Part shown: piece after piece, positions 59,843 to 64,000 of the stretch
How the letters are laid out: each line of letters opens with the position of its first letter
How positions within the stretch are numbered: position 1 is the stretch's first letter
Origin: Candidatus Latescibacterota bacterium
GTDB taxonomy: Bacteria > Latescibacterota > UBA2968 > UBA8231
Direction: 5' to 3'
DNA length: 64,000 nucleotides
Assembly (NCBI GenBank): GCA_963422735.1
Contig: OY730476.1
Span: forward strand, 2,944,001-3,008,000
Made by a program: the position numbers and the translations under genes
Notes under the pieces: model-generated
The model's input: only the letters and a program-made list of their open reading frames with translations
Told to the model about the DNA's origin: nothing
The model's database searches: none

Positions 59843-61927
59843 GTGTTCCGTCCGGCACCGTCCCGATCCATCTACCGGCATGTCAATCTTCGCAACGTCA
59901 TCAACGGCTACCTATTCACCGAGGAATCGATCTTGCCATCACCGCCGACCCTGCCCGAAAATTACGACGCCCAAGCACACATGGTCGCCCATCAGGTGCG
60001 CGGGCGCATCTTTCACGCCACCATACCCTCGGTTCAACTGGCCTCTGAGCTGATGGCCAGCGGCGCACCCGCCGACCTCGCCGAAGCCACCGCCATCTTT
60101 CGCGCCGTGCTCGCCTGCCAGGAAGTGCGGGACACAGAACCGCACCGCGGCAATTTTCGCTGGGAGCTGGAAGACGAAGTCGTCGAAGATCTCAATGCCG
60201 TGCAGTTCGTGCTCTTTTATTGCATTCCCGTGCTGTGCAAAACATCAGACGCCCTGCCCTCGGACTTAGTCGCGGCTATGCGCTGCGCCGTCGCGCTGGG
60301 CCTGGAGGAAATCGTGCGCATCGATGTAGCCCCGGCCTATACCAACATCGTCCTCAAGGACATTGCCAACTCCTGCCTCGGCGGCCAGTTGTTGGGCGAT
60401 GATAGCATCGGCCGGCGCGGCCGGGAAAAACTGGTGCGCTGGATGGCGCACGTGGACACCTACGGTCTGCCCGCCGAGTACAATAGCCCCAACTACGCCT
60501 CTGTCGCCGTGCGCGTACTGGGCCGCTTGGCCGAACTGACAGAGGACGAACATACCTGCATCCGCGCCCGCACCATGCTCGCTCGCCTCGGCCTTTCCGC
60601 CGCGTTACACGTACACCCCGGCATGGGTTGCTGGGCCGGCCCCTTCAGCCGCGCCTATAGCCATGCCGTCTTTAACGCCGACGCCTTTAACGCCGATGAC
60701 GTGTACGCGTGGTTGGATGGCGGGCAGCTACCCGCCTGGATCGGCGACCTGCTGCAGCGCCCCGACGTGCCGCAGCAAATAGACGAAACGGCCCACGGCG
60801 AAGAGCCTGTGGCACTGAGCACCTATCACAGTCCCTCTTTCTGTCTGGGCGTGGCCTCCTGCGAACTGAAGACCCAAGAAGTCATCTTTATCGCCCTACA
60901 GTCCAGCGTATTTTACGCGCAGTACCGGCTCCTGCATGGCGCACACTGCGGCGTACTCTTTTCGCGTTATATACTCGACGACCAGTGGCTCAGCTTCCAG
61001 ACGACGCCGTCGCGCGAGCCCGGACAGGTCGTTCCCGAAGAGGGCCACTTCTACGGCGCACATGAGCGGGGTCGCGCCATCGGCCTCTACGCCCCGCGCA
61101 GCTTGGACGCTTGGACGCGGCGTACTAGCGCCAAAGCCGTGCTAGTGTGGACCGAGATCGAGCAGGTTGACGAGATCTGGATCGGCCAGCATAAAGTAGA
61201 TTCTCTGCCGGCGGCAGTGCCCCGGGGCAAGGTGGTCGTTGTCGGCAGCGGCGCTCTGTGGACGGCCGTCCGGCCGCTCGAGCTGACCAATCTGGGCGGC
61301 GGTGCCCCCATACGCCTAGGCGAACTGGATGGCCAGCTAGCTTTGGAGATGTACAACTATACAGGACCGGCCAAGACTTTTTGGGAAATGGCCAAACCCA
61401 GTTCCTTTTACCAGGGCCAGCCCCGCTGCGGTTTCTACGCCGAACTGGCCGAGCGTACCGACTATGCCAGCGGTGCCAATTTTGCCGCTCAGGTCGCGAC
61501 TGGTACGCTCGTCGACGAGGCGGCCCCGCCTGCCACCTATACCACGGGTGGCGAGCGCACACTCCGCGTGGAGTACGCGCGCGACGACCGCATACTCGGC
61601 ATCGAAGTCGATTTGTATGAGTGGTCGCTAAAGCGGCGTTGGACCCAGGATGGCTCCCTAAGCTGGCCCATGCATGAGTCGCCTTACGCCCGACAGAGTG
61701 CTTCCGGACAGGTCTCCATCGGCGGTGCTACTCTCACCTGCGACAAGGGCCCGATATGGCTCTGCGCTTGCCCGAGAGGCAAAAGGTATGTTGCCGCTTA
61801 TAGCGGAATTGGGATGACCTCGTTAAGGTTGGAGGTGCCCGGCGATGTAGTCGAGCTAGCTGAAATGGGTGCGGGCACGGTGATTTGGGACGAGGGCCAA
61901 GTAAAAATAGAAGCCATATTGCCCTAA
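59843..61927 (+). CDS. Hypothetical protein (helical N-half, beta-rich C-half); start uncertain
   Basis: Long ORF with EYNSPNY and AGPFSRAY motifs; loosely heparinase/lyase-like architecture. Confidence 0.75.
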   Translation: MFRPAPSRSIYRHVNLRNVINGYLFTEESILPSPPTLPENYDAQAHMVAHQVRGRIFHATIPSVQLASELMASGAPADLAEATAIFRAVLACQEVRDTEPHRGNFRWELEDEVVEDLNAVQFVLFYCIPVLCKTSDALPSDLVAAMRCAVALGLEEIVRIDVAPAYTNIVLKDIANSCLGGQLLGDDSIGRRGREKLVRWMAHVDTYGLPAEYNSPNYASVAVRVLGRLAELTEDEHTCIRARTMLARLGLSAALHVHPGMGCWAGPFSRAYSHAVFNADAFNADDVYAWLDGGQLPAWIGDLLQRPDVPQQIDETAHGEEPVALSTYHSPSFCLGVASCELKTQEVIFIALQSSVFYAQYRLLHGAHCGVLFSRYILDDQWLSFQTTPSREPGQVVPEEGHFYGAHERGRAIGLYAPRSLDAWTRRTSAKAVLVWTEIEQVDEIWIGQHKVDSLPAAVPRGKVVVVGSGALWTAVRPLELTNLGGGAPIRLGELDGQLALEMYNYTGPAKTFWEMAKPSSFYQGQPRCGFYAELAERTDYASGANFAAQVATGTLVDEAAPPATYTTGGERTLRVEYARDDRILGIEVDLYEWSLKRRWTQDGSLSWPMHESPYARQSASGQVSIGGATLTCDKGPIWLCACPRGKRYVAAYSGIGMTSLRLEVPGDVVELAEMGAGTVIWDEGQVKIEAILP

Positions 61928-62124
61928 TTCGGCTGCCGAATGGATCGAATCAACTTCCGTATCAAGCCGACCGAGTGCGCTGGAAAGTCGCCCTTGCGCC
62001 CAGCAACGGACAGATCGCTCGCACACCGACTGCTCCTGAAATAATCCGTATGAATACTCGCAAGGACCTTGCCCGCCTTCTTCCGTTGACGGGGGTTTTT
62101 CGGCGACGACAATCTGAGACCGCT

Positions 62125-63366
62125 TTACTTCCACAGCAGCCGGAAGTAAAACAGCGGATTCGCCAACATCTTGCGCGGCACGGCGTTGGCCATCATGCCG
62201 CAGATCATGTCGCTGACCTCGGCATTTTTGGCAGCCTTGCGAATGACCAAGTTCATCAAGTAGGGCCAGCGGCCCAAATTATGCAGCTTGGTGCTCATCT
62301 TCAGCTCGCTGCCCAGCGCATCCCACAGTCGGTCCTCATAGCAGCTCAAAAAGCCAGCCGAATAATCCCCGGCCTCACAGGCTTGGACTGCGGTCTCCAC
62401 AGCAAAGCGAGCCGAGTACAGAGCATTGCCAATGCCCTCGCCCGTGAACGGGTCAATCAGGCCGGCCGCGTCGCCCAAGAGCAGAAAGCCGTTGCCGTGC
62501 GCCGGCCGCCGCCGCGAGCCAACCGGCAGGTTCCAGCCGACCGGGTCTTCGAGTGGGCGGGCGTTGCGGAAGCGCGTACCAAAGGACGCGCTCGCCACGG
62601 CGGCTGCGAGCGCGTCCTTGAGGTCAATGCCGCACGCCTTGATGTCTCGGTGATCCATGCCGATGCCCACATTGGCGCGGCGGCCCTCTAGGGGGAAGAT
62701 CCAAAAATATCCGGGCCGCACCTCGTCTATAAAGTGCAATTCGATCTGATCGCTCAGGCCCGCCACGCCCTCGAAGTATTGCCGCAAGGCCACCATCCAA
62801 GCGCGGCTCTCATGGCGATACAACCCGCTCTTGCGAGCGACGATCGAGTTGAAGCCATCGCACCCCAACACCAAGGGTGCGCGAAATTCCAAGCGCGTAC
62901 CGTCGCCTGTGCGCCCCCGCACCCCGCAGACCTGCTCGCCCTCTCTGAGGAGCTCGCGCACGGCAAAACCCTCTAGGGTGTGGGCAGCCGCGGTGCGCGC
63001 CTTGGCAAAGAGAAAGTCGTCGAAGACCTCGCGGCGGATGACAAAACCCTCCATCGGCAGCACCCGGCCGGTCAGGACGTTGTGCAAGTCGTAGCGGCTC
63101 AGGTCGATGGACGCGACCGCCGCGTCCGGGCTGCTGAATACAATGCGGGCAATGGCTGCCCCAGGCAGATTGCACACCTCCTCAAAGAGCCCCAGCTCGT
63201 GGAGGATGGCCACCGTCTTGCCGGAGAGGGCGTCGCCGCAAATTTTGTCGCGGGGGAAGCACTGCTTGTCTAGCAGTAGGGTCGCCAGCCCGTGGTGCTG
63301 TGCATACAGCGCGGCCGCGGCACCAGCCGGACCGCCGCCGACGATGATTAGGTCGTAGGTTTGCAC
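62125..63366 (-). CDS. Geranylgeranyl reductase family flavoprotein
   Basis: GGGPAG, FPRDKICGD, GYFWIFP, LLGDAAGLIDPFTGEGI. Confidence 0.92.
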   Translation of the reverse strand: MQTYDLIIVGGGPAGAAAALYAQHHGLATLLLDKQCFPRDKICGDALSGKTVAILHELGLFEEVCNLPGAAIARIVFSSPDAAVASIDLSRYDLHNVLTGRVLPMEGFVIRREVFDDFLFAKARTAAAHTLEGFAVRELLREGEQVCGVRGRTGDGTRLEFRAPLVLGCDGFNSIVARKSGLYRHESRAWMVALRQYFEGVAGLSDQIELHFIDEVRPGYFWIFPLEGRRANVGIGMDHRDIKACGIDLKDALAAAVASASFGTRFRNARPLEDPVGWNLPVGSRRRPAHGNGFLLLGDAAGLIDPFTGEGIGNALYSARFAVETAVQACEAGDYSAGFLSCYEDRLWDALGSELKMSTKLHNLGRWPYLMNLVIRKAAKNAEVSDMICGMMANAVPRKMLANPLFYFRLLWK

Positions 63367-63487
63367 GTAGCTCAGAAAATAGCTCGTCCGGCCCTCGCTA
63401 CAAGGGCGCAAGCCGAATTTGCTTTACGGGTGATCTTCCTTACATTTTTGGCTTTGTCAACGCAATCGCCAAAGGAGCCGCAACGCG

Positions 63488-64000
63488 ATGTCCGAAGACG
63501 TCAAAACCGAAAATCCACACGTCGAAAAACGGGCCTTTCAAACCGAGGTCCAACAGCTACTCCACCTGCTGGTCCACTCGCTGTACACCCAAAAAGAAAT
63601 TTTCTTGCGCGAGCTGATTTCTAACGCCTCAGATGCGCTGGACAAAATCTATCACCGCTCGTTGACTGACCGCAATATCCTCGACCCGGACGCCGAATTG
63701 GACATCGAAATCGAGGTGTCGAGCAGCAACAAGACCCTGACAATCCGCGACCGGGGAATCGGCATGGCCCGCGACGAGGTCAGTGAGAATATCGGCACCA
63801 TCGCCCGCTCTGGCTCGGCCGAATTTGCCTCCAAGCTGGCCGATGCCGGCGATGAGCAAGAGAAGCTCAAACTGATCGGCCAGTTCGGGGTGGGCTTCTA
63901 CTCGGTATTCATGGTAGCCGACCGGGTGGTGCTCACTACGCGCTCGGCCGACCCGGATGCCGACGGAGTGCTGTGGGAATCCACCGGCGACGGAGCCTAC
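63488..64000 (+). CDS. htpG: Chaperone HtpG (Hsp90), partial
   Basis: Not in the ORF track. FQTEVQQLLHLLVHSLYTQKEIFLRELISNASDA..DRGIGM..IGTIARSG..IGQFGVGFYS. Confidence 0.97.
   Translation, partial: MSEDVKTENPHVEKRAFQTEVQQLLHLLVHSLYTQKEIFLRELISNASDALDKIYHRSLTDRNILDPDAELDIEIEVSSSNKTLTIRDRGIGMARDEVSENIGTIARSGSAEFASKLADAGDEQEKLKLIGQFGVGFYSVFMVADRVVLTTRSADPDADGVLWESTGDGAY

Noticed and set aside
63629-63870. Minus-strand ORFs at the window end
   Set aside because: Antisense to htpG.

Overview
GC-rich bacterial chromosome segment. Several PhyH-family dioxygenases, FlgD-Ig C-terminal proteins, CARDB and CBM9-like fragments and TPR/CRTAC1 lipoproteins suggest a Latescibacterota-like, possibly sponge-associated lineage (inference only). 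Intact core genes include groEL with a CIRCE operator, lipB, icd, moaC, cdaA, the nfeD-floA operon, hrpA, a partial htpG, tRNA-Leu(CAA) and hydantoinase/oxoprolinase A and B. They alternate with patches of heavy gene erosion made of short fused fragments. The most notable unannotated structures are: (1) a decaying integron-like cassette cluster with attC-like sites and no integrase in the window (19.7-22.4 kb); (2) a dispersed ~28-40 bp hairpin repeat in four copies, two forming an inverted pair; (3) repeated inactivation of TA toxins while antitoxins stay intact; (4) a tandem PhyH protein with a ligand-less N-domain and a halogenase-like HxA C-domain; (5) an apparent CCWGG-to-CTWGG mutational signature. 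All family calls come from motif recognition by eye; no searches were run.
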